From NCBI GenBank assembly GCA_021788025.1, contig JAJYLE010000002.1, positions 1 to 51,614 of the forward strand: 51,614 bases of DNA, in the 5' to 3' direction. The stretch comes from Nitrospirota bacterium (GTDB lineage Bacteria; Nitrospirota; Thermodesulfovibrionia; Thermodesulfovibrionales; JdFR-88). The stretch's first letter is position 1, and the number at the start of each line of letters is the position of its first letter. The notes below the pieces were generated by a model. That model had not been told where the DNA came from, did no database searches, and saw only the letters and a list, made by a program, of their open reading frames with translations. Shown piece by piece: positions 18,224 to 26,547 of the stretch. Position numbers and translations under genes: made by a program.

Positions 18224-19360
18224 TCAGCCCCTGGCGGGAATTGCGCTTTCCGGCTTTTGTGTTTTGTCCTCGCCGGTTTCAAGGAAGCACTGGGGGTCCT
18301 CCGAAAGAAAATCCCCGCTGCCCGACATGGCAGACCAGGCATACGCCACAGCCCTGCATCCCCTGCAGGAATCCCACTTTGAGCATGCCGCGCACCTGCC
18401 ATTATATCTGGACTTGTCTCTCAGGGCTTCCAGGACCGGGGAGTTGGCCCATATCTCCCTTATGGAGTCTTCCCTTATATTGCCAAGCGGCACCGGCAAG
18501 CGCCTGCATGGGGTAACCGTGCCGTCGGCTTGTATAGTCAGCCCGAACAATCCGGCAGAGCATCCCCCGGGCAAACAGCAGCCCGCGTCCGCAGAAAATT
18601 TCATCTGGGATGCAATAGGGTCCCCGGTAACTATCTCCAGCCCGTCAATTTTCATGGACATCAGTTTTTCATACATGCTTTTCATCCGTTCCGGAGAAAG
18701 CATATGGTTATGAAGCGCCGCTCCCCTGCCAGAGGGCACCAGCCTGGCAAACCCAAGCCTCTGCACGCCGATGCTCAGAGCCAGTGAAACCATATCGTCG
18801 ATATATTCCGCATTCAGGTCCGAAAGGGTTGCGTTCAGGGTCACAACCAGCCCGGCATCCAGCAGGTTCCTTGCCCCCCATAGCGCCTGAGCCAGGCTGC
18901 CCCGGCCCCGGATCATGTCATGCACATTTTCCGGGCCCTCAACGCTTACCTGAACCCCCTTTACATTGCCCAGTTCGCCAATGGCCTTTGCGCGTTCCGG
19001 GCTGGCCAGCGTGCCGTTGGTAAGCAGGTATACCGGCCATGACCGGCCGGCAAGTTCTTCAAGAACTTTCATCAGGTCACGCCTGACAAGGGGCTCGCCG
19101 CCGGAAATATTGAAACTGGGCGCAAACAGCATTCCGCCGGCCTGCGCCCAGCTGTCCAGTGTCTCCGATATCTCGGCTATCGTTGCCTTGATCTCACGAA
19201 GAGAAAGGTCCTTTTTGACGGACCCGTCCTGATAGCAGTGCTTGCACCGCAGATTGCACTTCTCCGTCAGGTGCCACTGGAAAAAAAAGTCGAACCCGGC
19301 CGCCCGACCGGCGGCATCCAGTCCCGCAACTGCGGGATCTAGCTCTTTCAGCTGCTTCAT
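18224..19360 (-). CDS. Radical SAM/SPASM-domain enzyme (peptide-maturase-like)
   Basis: CX3CX2C triad CNLRCKHC and SAM-binding NISGGEPL. The C-terminal SPASM pattern is GCSAGLFGLTIQADGTVTPC, then CAACSKWDSCRGC, then PQC. The track ORF starts at 19369. ATG 19360 gives an ATGA overlap with the upstream mini-ORF. Confidence 0.85.
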   Translation of the reverse strand: MKQLKELDPAVAGLDAAGRAAGFDFFFQWHLTEKCNLRCKHCYQDGSVKKDLSLREIKATIAEISETLDSWAQAGGMLFAPSFNISGGEPLVRRDLMKVLEELAGRSWPVYLLTNGTLASPERAKAIGELGNVKGVQVSVEGPENVHDMIRGRGSLAQALWGARNLLDAGLVVTLNATLSDLNAEYIDDMVSLALSIGVQRLGFARLVPSGRGAALHNHMLSPERMKSMYEKLMSMKIDGLEIVTGDPIASQMKFSADAGCCLPGGCSAGLFGLTIQADGTVTPCRRLPVPLGNIREDSIREIWANSPVLEALRDKSRYNGRCAACSKWDSCRGCRAVAYAWSAMSGSGDFLSEDPQCFLETGEDKTQKPESAIPARG

Positions 19361-19464
19361 TTCCGGCATACTTTCACCGGAGCGCTTTCCACCTTCTTCC
19401 TGAGCGCGGCCCAGAGTTCCGCCTCTTTTTCCAGGGTCTTTTTGTCGTGGATTTTCTTTTTCAT
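19357..19464 (-). CDS. Unannotated 35-aa basic peptide, candidate precursor/partner of the rSAM/SPASM enzyme
   Basis: GGAGGTG (19477-19471), a 6-nt spacer, then ATG 19464. Translation is MKKKIHDKKTLEKEAELWAALRKKVESAPVKVCRK. Its TGA overlaps the enzyme's ATG. It falls below the length cutoff of the ORF track. Confidence 0.5.
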   Translation of the reverse strand: MKKKIHDKKTLEKEAELWAALRKKVESAPVKVCRK

Positions 19465-19592
19465 TCCGTTCACCTCCTTTCCGCAGTTTAGATACATGCT
19501 AGCAACTGTTGCCAGCTTGTCAATATTCTTGCATTACGGTTTGTGAATTGCAACACTAGATTCCCGTCCAATACGGCGATATAGTTTAGGTA

Positions 19593-20450
19593 GTGACGCG
19601 CATGAGGCAGACGGACAGGCCCGATACCAGAGGTGGATTGCCAGCAGGGAAGCGCCCCGGAAACAGCATGGACCAAACGGAAGAGCTGCGGAAGGAATGC
19701 GCGCGCCTGCAGGCGGAGCTTGAAGCCAAAACCATCGAGGCCACCGCCCAGCGGGAAAAATCCGCGCAGGAAATCCTCCGGTTCATAAACATCCTCTCGC
19801 ATGACCTGCGTTCGCCGCTTTCTGTTTCTTCCAATTTCATAGGGCTGATACTTGCGAAGTACGGCCTGAACATGGAACCCAAGATGAAGGAATACCTGGG
19901 CTATTCGGCGGACGGCCTCAGGACCATGGAGAGGCTGCTTTCGGATATTGTCTATTACGCAAGGATAGGCACTTCGCAGAAACCTCTTGTGGAAACCGAC
20001 TGCAATAAGGTCCTTGAGAGCGCTGCAACCGCACTCCGGGGTGAGATAGAGGCTTCGGGCGCAACTGTGGCGGTGCAGGGCGGAGAGGGCAGCCTTCCGG
20101 TGGTAATGGGAGACGTGGCGTTGCTGACCCAGTTATTCAGGAACCTGCTTGCAAATGCGTTGAAATATGCTGACCGGCCGCCGGAAATTCAAATCTCGTC
20201 CGCCGCCCGAAACGGGCAATGGTTGTTTGGCTTCAAGGACAACGGGCTTGGTATAGCCCCCGAAGACAGGGAAAGGATATTCGAGCCGCTGGAACGGGCG
20301 CACCGGGAGGTTGCGGACAAGGGCGGAAAGGGGACCGGGCTTGGGCTGGCCATCTGCAAGAAGATAGTTGAGAGGCATGGCGGGCGCATCTGGGTGGAGT
20401 CTGCTTTGGGCGAAGGATCCACTTTTTATTTCACGCTGCCGAAAGCATAA
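19593..20450 (+). CDS. Soluble sensor histidine kinase (coiled coil + HisKA + HATPase_c)
   Basis: H-box LSHDLRSPLS, N-box LLANALKYA, G1 FKDNGLGI, G2 GTGLGLAICKKIVERHGG. No TM segment and no adjacent response regulator. Start is uncertain (GTG 19593, ATG 19602 or ATG 19668). Confidence 0.85.
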   Translation: MTRMRQTDRPDTRGGLPAGKRPGNSMDQTEELRKECARLQAELEAKTIEATAQREKSAQEILRFINILSHDLRSPLSVSSNFIGLILAKYGLNMEPKMKEYLGYSADGLRTMERLLSDIVYYARIGTSQKPLVETDCNKVLESAATALRGEIEASGATVAVQGGEGSLPVVMGDVALLTQLFRNLLANALKYADRPPEIQISSAARNGQWLFGFKDNGLGIAPEDRERIFEPLERAHREVADKGGKGTGLGLAICKKIVERHGGRIWVESALGEGSTFYFTLPKA

Positions 20451-20574
20451 TTTTCACCCGGCCCGGTATCTTTTCCCCCCCTTACTGTAAAATCTTTATC
20501 ATGCTCCACGTGCCGGTGTAATCCCCGAACGGCTGCTTTTCTTTTCATCATGCAGCTTGCCCCTCTTTTGTTTT

Positions 20575-21327
20575 TCAGTTTTCCTGATTGATAGATTCCG
20601 CTACCGTGTTAACTATTACCTCCGCCGCCCTTTGAAGCAATTGCCTGTTGAACACCACAGTTTTGCCTCCGCTTGTTCTTACCCTGGAGCCAAGCGGCGG
20701 AACGTGTATGAAACCCCGCGGCGCCATTTTGGCGGAATTCAATCCCGGATTGAACATCAGATTGTAAAATGTATCATTGCATAGATAATTACCTGCGTCC
20801 TGCGATTGCTCCGCCGGTATTCCAGCGGCAAGCAGACGGACCATAATGCCCGGCGCCGGAAGCGTTGTCTCCAGTGTTTGAGGGGAGCCCACATACACAA
20901 TGCCTGCCTGGGGCAGCATCCCTTCATTATCCGGTATCGCCCCTCTCACATTACGGGCTGTTGTTTCCAGGCGGACCGGGCCGGCCCCTGCCTGTCCGAA
21001 GGATATGACCGCAACGGGCTTATAAAATCTGACAAGCTGGCGGAGTTTTTTTGCTGCCTTGCCCCATACCACCGGAAGCCGGGCCGCTACAACAACCGAA
21101 TTTTCGAAATGCCTGCCGCTGAGGTCTTTAACCGCCTCCCATGAGCCGTTTGTTGCATCGCCCCCGAATGGCTCAAAGCCGGTTACAAGTATCAGCTTTT
21201 TCCGGGCCGCCGGCGCTGCCGCATGCGCATGTGCCGGCAAAAAAACCAGCGCCAGGGCCAATAAGAGGGCTTTTGGCAGTACGGTCTTAAACTGGCGGAT
21301 ACGGACTTGCCGGAGGGGAAAAGACAT
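20575..21327 (-). CDS. pcp: Pyroglutamyl-peptidase I (C15) with signal peptide
   Basis: ILVTGFEPFGGD..N.SWE, catalytic-Cys context AGNYLCND and FIHVP. N-terminal signal ALALVFLPAHAHA. Confidence 0.82.
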   Translation of the reverse strand: MSFPLRQVRIRQFKTVLPKALLLALALVFLPAHAHAAAPAARKKLILVTGFEPFGGDATNGSWEAVKDLSGRHFENSVVVAARLPVVWGKAAKKLRQLVRFYKPVAVISFGQAGAGPVRLETTARNVRGAIPDNEGMLPQAGIVYVGSPQTLETTLPAPGIMVRLLAAGIPAEQSQDAGNYLCNDTFYNLMFNPGLNSAKMAPRGFIHVPPLGSRVRTSGGKTVVFNRQLLQRAAEVIVNTVAESINQEN

Positions 21328-21428
21328 GAATGATTTTAATCAGGCAACTGCATCCCGGTCTGTAAGCTCTGTCACAACTTGTTTTGCCGCATTTGCCCGC
21401 CAGCCGGAATTTCTGTGATAATAATGAT

Positions 21429-22727
21429 GTGAAAAAGTTTTACATGCACACGTTTGGCTGCCAGATGAACTTCCATGATTCCGAGAGGATGTCCGGGGTG
21501 CTGGCCCAAAAAGGCATGCGCGAGGCCTCCGGGGCCGAGGATGCGGACCTTATCATCTTCAATACGTGCAGCATAAGGGACAAGGCGGAACATAAATTTT
21601 TAAGCGAACTTGGGCGGATCAAAAAACTAAAAAAGAAAAACCCGGCCCTCCGCGTTGCTGTGGCCGGATGCATAGCGCAGCGGATGGGGGAGGGGCTTTT
21701 CAAGCGCGCCCCGCACGTGGATTTTCTTATAGGCCCCAATAACCTGCATAAGATAGCCGATATCCAGAACTGGGAAGGGCGATCGGCCGCGCTGGAGGAA
21801 AACCCGGAGCTTGCCGGAACAGACCTGCCAGCCTTAAGGAAGAAAAAGCCCCTGGCCTGGGTATCAATAGTGTTTGGCTGCAACAATTTCTGCTCCTACT
21901 GCATAGTGCCCTATACAAGGGGGCGTGAAGTCAGCCGTCCGGCAGAAAATATACTGGCTGAAATTGAAGGCCTTGCCGCCGAGGGGTTTAAAGAGATAAC
22001 GCTGCTGGGGCAGAATGTGAATTCCTACCGTGGCAAAGACGGGCAAGCCGGCCTGCCGGAACTGCTTGAAAAAATAAATGGCGTGCCTGGAATTGAACGC
22101 ATCAGGTTTGTAACGTCCCACCCCAGGGACTTTTCCGATGCCCTTATATATGCAATGGCCTCGCTTGGTAAGGTTTGCCGGCACATACACCTGCCAATGC
22201 AGTCCGGCTCGGACAGCATTCTGGCCGCCATGAACCGGCGCTATACGGCCGGGCAATATACGGAGAAAGTTGAAAAGCTCAGGCATCTGGTTCCAGGGGC
22301 GGCCATTACCACAGACCTGATAGCCGGTTTCCCCGGAGAAACCGAGGAAGACCACAAGTCCACGCTGAGGGCCATGGAAAGCATCAGGTTTGACGGCGTG
22401 TTTGCCTTTAAGTATTCCGTGCGCCCCGGCACGGCTGCTGCCAGGATGGAGGGCCAGCTGCCGGAGGGCGTGCGGGCCAGGCGGCTGGATGAGATACTGG
22501 CATTGCAGGACGGCATTACGCTTGAAAAGAACAAGGCCCTGCTCGGGGCTGAATTGGAAGTGCTTGTGGAGGGGCCAAGCGATCTGGACCCCCGCAGGCT
22601 TACAGGCCGCACCAGCACAAATAAAATCGTAGTTTTTGATTCAACTCCGGCCATCAAACCCGCTGATATTATTGCAGTAAAGATTACAGTGCCGGGCAAA
22701 CACTCCCTTTACGGCGACCCCGTATAA
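21429..22727 (+). CDS. miaB: tRNA-2-methylthio-N6-dimethylallyladenosine synthase
   Basis: KKFYMHTFGCQMN (UPF0004 domain), radical SAM GCNNFCSYCIVP and a C-terminal TRAM domain. Start is GTG 21429 or ATG 21444. The track ORF opens at 21384. Confidence 0.88.
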   Translation: MKKFYMHTFGCQMNFHDSERMSGVLAQKGMREASGAEDADLIIFNTCSIRDKAEHKFLSELGRIKKLKKKNPALRVAVAGCIAQRMGEGLFKRAPHVDFLIGPNNLHKIADIQNWEGRSAALEENPELAGTDLPALRKKKPLAWVSIVFGCNNFCSYCIVPYTRGREVSRPAENILAEIEGLAAEGFKEITLLGQNVNSYRGKDGQAGLPELLEKINGVPGIERIRFVTSHPRDFSDALIYAMASLGKVCRHIHLPMQSGSDSILAAMNRRYTAGQYTEKVEKLRHLVPGAAITTDLIAGFPGETEEDHKSTLRAMESIRFDGVFAFKYSVRPGTAAARMEGQLPEGVRARRLDEILALQDGITLEKNKALLGAELEVLVEGPSDLDPRRLTGRTSTNKIVVFDSTPAIKPADIIAVKITVPGKHSLYGDPV

Positions 22728-22732
22728 ATTTT

Positions 22733-23989
22733 ATGAAAGTTGCTCTGCTCACCCTCGGCTGCAAGGTCAACCAGGCTGAGACCGTCGCGCTGGAATCCGC
22801 CCTTGCCCAAAAAGGTTTTCAGATTGCGGGGCTGGATGAAGGCCCGGATTTCTGCGTCATAAATACCTGCACTGTTACAGCCAAGAGCGATTACCAGTCC
22901 AGGCAGCTTATACGCAAGGCCGCCCGCGCAGGGGCCAGGGTGATAGTCACCGGTTGCTACTCCGAGCTAAACCAAAAGGCCGTAAAGGATATGGACGGGG
23001 TGGTAGAAGTGATGTCAAATAAGGATAAAGACAGCATTATCAATGTGTTAAATTCAAATTCTTCAGAAAGTGATTTATCTTTCCTGTCATCACCAAAGAC
23101 CAGAAAAAGGGCTTTTTTAAAAATACAGGACGGATGCGACCACCTGTGCAGTTATTGCCTTATACGCATAGCAAGGGGACGGTCAATAAGTGTGGAGCCA
23201 GGCAGGGTTATAGAAATGGTCCGCAATGCGGCGGAGGAGGGCCATGCGGAGGTTGTGCTGACAGGCATACACCTTGGCCTGTATGGTGGTTTGGACGCCG
23301 GAATTGAGCGGGCGGGGCTTGTCTCATTATTAAAGCGGATTCTCAAGGAAACAGGCGTAAGGCGTATCCGGCTGAGCTCGCTTCAGCCAAACGAGATCGG
23401 GGAGGGCCTGATTGAGCTTATGCAGGACAAGCGGATATGCAGCCATCTGCATATTCCCCTTCAAAGCGGCGATGATATCATACTAAAAAGGATGAAGAGA
23501 CCCTATAATCTTAATACTTTCATAAAGAAAATAGAGCTAATTCACCGTAAAATAAGCGATATTGGCATCGGCACCGATATAATAGCCGGGTTTCCGGGAG
23601 AGGATGAGGCCTGTTTCAGCAACACCCTGGCCGCGCTTAGAGATATGCCTTTTTCCTACGCCCATATTTTCCCTTATTCTGAAAGGCCTGGAACCGCTGC
23701 TGCGGATTTGGATGGCAAAGTTCCGGCCGGGGTCAAAAAGGAACGCACAGCAATTCTGAGGGAGATCGCGGAAAACAAAAAAATATCCTTTATACAATCG
23801 CTTACCGGAAAGACGCTGGATGTGCTTATTGAAGGGAAGGCATCCGTAAATGGCAAGCATGGTTTTAAGGGAACCGCTGGTAATTATATCAAGGTTTTCA
23901 CGGCTGCTCAAGAGGGAATTTTGGCCGGGAACATTGAAGATATAAGGGTTTGCGGGGGCTATTTGGATATGGCCCTCGGAGTCCTTTGA
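22733..23989 (+). CDS. mtaB: tRNA t6A37 methylthiotransferase MtaB-like
   Basis: MKVALLTLGCKVNQAET, then radical SAM DGCDHLCSYCLIRIARG. No clear TRAM-type end as in MiaB. Sits in tandem 5 nt after miaB. Confidence 0.8.
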   Translation: MKVALLTLGCKVNQAETVALESALAQKGFQIAGLDEGPDFCVINTCTVTAKSDYQSRQLIRKAARAGARVIVTGCYSELNQKAVKDMDGVVEVMSNKDKDSIINVLNSNSSESDLSFLSSPKTRKRAFLKIQDGCDHLCSYCLIRIARGRSISVEPGRVIEMVRNAAEEGHAEVVLTGIHLGLYGGLDAGIERAGLVSLLKRILKETGVRRIRLSSLQPNEIGEGLIELMQDKRICSHLHIPLQSGDDIILKRMKRPYNLNTFIKKIELIHRKISDIGIGTDIIAGFPGEDEACFSNTLAALRDMPFSYAHIFPYSERPGTAAADLDGKVPAGVKKERTAILREIAENKKISFIQSLTGKTLDVLIEGKASVNGKHGFKGTAGNYIKVFTAAQEGILAGNIEDIRVCGGYLDMALGVL

Positions 23990-24123
23990 TTTTAAGTGCA
24001 ACCCGCTGTTTTTTAAGTAAATTTAAACCGCTCAAAATCTGACCATCAGTTATAAATTGCTTCGAGTTGCTTGATATTGCCGCCTTCCAGCCCCCCTTAT
24101 TAACAATTTACCAACGTGTGTTG

Positions 24124-24153
24124 TTGATTATAACATTCCGAATGTCTGATAAT
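24124..24153 (+). promoter_or_regulatory. Sigma70-like promoter with no obvious downstream gene
   Basis: TTGATT (24124-24129), an 18-nt spacer, then GATAAT (24148-24153). The spacer is filled by the dyad-containing 17-mer at 24130-24146. Confidence 0.3.
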
Positions 24154-24189
24154 GTATATTATGTAAAATACAATAACATTCCGGATGTC
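24130..24189. repeat. Two copies of the 17-mer ataacattccgRatgtc (24130-24146 and 24173-24189)
   Basis: 16 of 17 positions are identical and the copies start 43 bp apart. Copy 1 contains the perfect dyad ACATTC-c-GAATGT. Confidence 0.7.
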
Positions 24190-24313
24190 AGGCTGTATCC
24201 GTTTGCAGTCCGGTTTATTGACAGGTATTTCATAGTTTCCGGCAAGTCTGCCTAATAAGACTTTGCAGGGCCAAACCGGCCGGCAATTGCCGATTCAGCC
24301 CTGCTCAGCCTGT

Positions 24314-24940
24314 TTAGTGCTTGTACGCAAGGTGGCACTGCATGCAGAGGTTATCTACATTTTGCCAATTGGAATACGATAACCTGTATTTATAGCTGCT
24401 GTAAGGATCATGACAGGAAAGGCACGTCACCTTGCCGTTCACAATAATTATGTGCCTGTCAGGCATGGGGTTAAGGCCATTCCCTTTATAAGGGATATCC
24501 AGCGGATGCTCATCCGGAAAGCCGCCTATAAGCGGGGCCTGGGTGCCATCATGGCAGCTCCGGCAATCCCTGACAGCGACAGACAGGTCATTGGCGTTGC
24601 CCATGTGTGCCTTACCCAGCATGCAGGCCATGCCCTTTTTGCAGTCATGACAAGTCATGCAGAGCTGCCTGCCATTCCTTCGCAATTTACATGTTCCGTT
24701 TTCACAAGAATGGCATGTAAGGCATACCATCCTTCCGTTTTTTGCCACTGGCCAGCCAGGCGGCAGTTTGGACTTATCCACTAAATTGCGCCTGTGTGTT
24801 GGCAAAGCAAGCGGATGGCATTTAAGGCATTGCCTTACCGTTACTTCCGGGTTGTGCTGAGGTACGGTCCAGGCGGCTGCATTGGTAGGCCATGGAACTA
24901 TTAACAGAAGGAGAACCAGGAGAAAATATTGCATTCGCAT
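24314..24940 (-). CDS. Secreted hexaheme c-type cytochrome
   Basis: Signal peptide MRMQYFLLVLLLLIVPWPTNAAA. Six CxxCH motifs: CLKCH, CLTCH, CMTCH, CRSCH, CLSCH, CMQCH. An SD sequence AGGAGGGG lies upstream. Confidence 0.85.
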   Translation of the reverse strand: MRMQYFLLVLLLLIVPWPTNAAAWTVPQHNPEVTVRQCLKCHPLALPTHRRNLVDKSKLPPGWPVAKNGRMVCLTCHSCENGTCKLRRNGRQLCMTCHDCKKGMACMLGKAHMGNANDLSVAVRDCRSCHDGTQAPLIGGFPDEHPLDIPYKGNGLNPMPDRHIIIVNGKVTCLSCHDPYSSYKYRLSYSNWQNVDNLCMQCHLAYKH

Positions 24941-25224
24941 TTTTACCCCTCCTGATTAAATTTCTACCACCGCCAGATGAGAGTGTCAAATTTATTTCTA
25001 CTTTCAGTTGTAAGTACCTGGCCCATGTTGAATTGCGCGCTATGCAGGTTGAGGTGAAAAACTCTGCAAAAAATAAAACCATACAGAGGATGCGGTTTCC
25101 TCAAGTAATACTTCATTAAATCTTAATTTGAGACATGAAAGATAAGGATAATACCGCGCCGAGGCAAGTGCTGTAAGCTGTTATTGAATTAAACCGGCCC
25201 TGAAACTTGGGTGCTTGAAACAGC

Positions 25225-26547
25225 CTAGAAAGGCATTACCTTGGGAATGCGGAACGGGCCCTTCCCTCCGCGCATCATCTTGATCATCTTTTTCATTTCA
25301 AGGTACTGCTTGATCAGCCTGTTTACATCCGCCACATTGGTGCCGCTGCCTATGGCAATCCGCTTCTTCCTGCTGCCGTTTAACAGGTTATGATTTTTCC
25401 GTTCGGCCCTGGTCATGGAATTTATAATGGCCTCAACCCTGGCAAACTCCTTGTCGTCCACCTTAACGCCCTTCATCCTGCCCATACCCGGGATCATTGC
25501 CAGCAGGTTTTCAAGCGGACCCATGCTGCGTAATTTTTTAAGCTGGTCCCGCAAGTCCTCAAAGGAAAAGGAATCCGTAAGCAGCCTTTTGCCAAGCTCC
25601 TCGGCCTCCTTGACGTTGTAGCCTTCCTGGGCCTTCTCTATCAGGGACAGCACATCGCCCATGCCAAGCACCCTGGAAGCCACTCTCTCCGGATGGAACG
25701 GCTCCAGCATGTCCAGCTTCTCGCCCATGCCGATAAACTTAACGGGCTTTCCGGTAACGGACTTTATCGACAGCGCGGCCCCGCCCCTGGCGTCACCGTC
25801 CATCTTTGTAAGTATCACGCCGTCCACGCCTATCTGCTCGTCAAACGATTTTGCTATGTTTACCGCTTCCTGGCCGGTCATTGCGTCGGCCACAAACAGC
25901 GTTTCATGCGGGGGAACGGCCTTTTTTATGTCGCCAAGCTCCGCCATCAGGGCCTCGTCTATGTGCAGGCGGCCGGCGGTGTCCAGTATTACAATGTCCC
26001 TTGCTTCAAGCTTCGCCCTCTTCAGCGCTTCAGCGGCAAGCGCTGCCGGCGTTATCTTTTCCCTTGTGGAGTGCACCGGCACATCCAGCTGGCCTCCAAG
26101 CGTTATAAGCTGGTCTATGGCGGCAGGCCTTTGCAGGTCCGCGGCCACAAGTATAGGCCGCCTGCCCTCCTTTTTGAAGATGCGCGCAAGCTTTGCGGAA
26201 GTGGTGGTCTTGCCGGAGCCCTGCAAGCCAATCATCATTATTACAGTTGGAGGATTGGCGGCAAGCTTTATCTTGCTTTCGGCCCCCCCTAGCAGATTGC
26301 AAAGCTCTGAATAAACAATCTTTACCACCTGCTGGCCAGGGGTAAGGCTCTCAAGCACATCCTTGCCAAGGGCCCTGTCCTTCACGCCCTGTATGAAATC
26401 CTTTACAACCTTGAAATTGACGTCCGCTTCAAGAAGGGCCATCCGCACTTCCTTTAGCGCAAGATCAATATCCTGCTCTTTCAGAAGGCCCCTGCCCTTC
26501 AGCTTCTTGAATATGGAATCTAATTTATTGCTTAAGTTATCAAGCAT
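25225..26547 (-). CDS. ffh: Signal recognition particle protein
   Basis: N domain, G domain (GLQGSGKTTT, DTAGR, TKMDGDARGG) and a Met-rich M domain. Confidence 0.95.
   Translation of the reverse strand: MLDNLSNKLDSIFKKLKGRGLLKEQDIDLALKEVRMALLEADVNFKVVKDFIQGVKDRALGKDVLESLTPGQQVVKIVYSELCNLLGGAESKIKLAANPPTVIMMIGLQGSGKTTTSAKLARIFKKEGRRPILVAADLQRPAAIDQLITLGGQLDVPVHSTREKITPAALAAEALKRAKLEARDIVILDTAGRLHIDEALMAELGDIKKAVPPHETLFVADAMTGQEAVNIAKSFDEQIGVDGVILTKMDGDARGGAALSIKSVTGKPVKFIGMGEKLDMLEPFHPERVASRVLGMGDVLSLIEKAQEGYNVKEAEELGKRLLTDSFSFEDLRDQLKKLRSMGPLENLLAMIPGMGRMKGVKVDDKEFARVEAIINSMTRAERKNHNLLNGSRKKRIAIGSGTNVADVNRLIKQYLEMKKMIKMMRGGKGPFRIPKVMPF

Noticed and set aside
19500-19516. A sigma54-like element CTGGCAACAGTTGCTA on the minus strand upstream of the mini-ORF.
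   Set aside because: The GG-to-GC spacing is two nucleotides shorter than the TGGCAC-N5-TTGCW consensus. The nearby TTGACA (19523-19518) has no acceptable -10 at 16-19 nt.
25661-26314. Plus-strand ORFs of 199-217 aa opposite ffh.
   Set aside because: They are shadow ORFs antisense to an unambiguous SRP54 gene.
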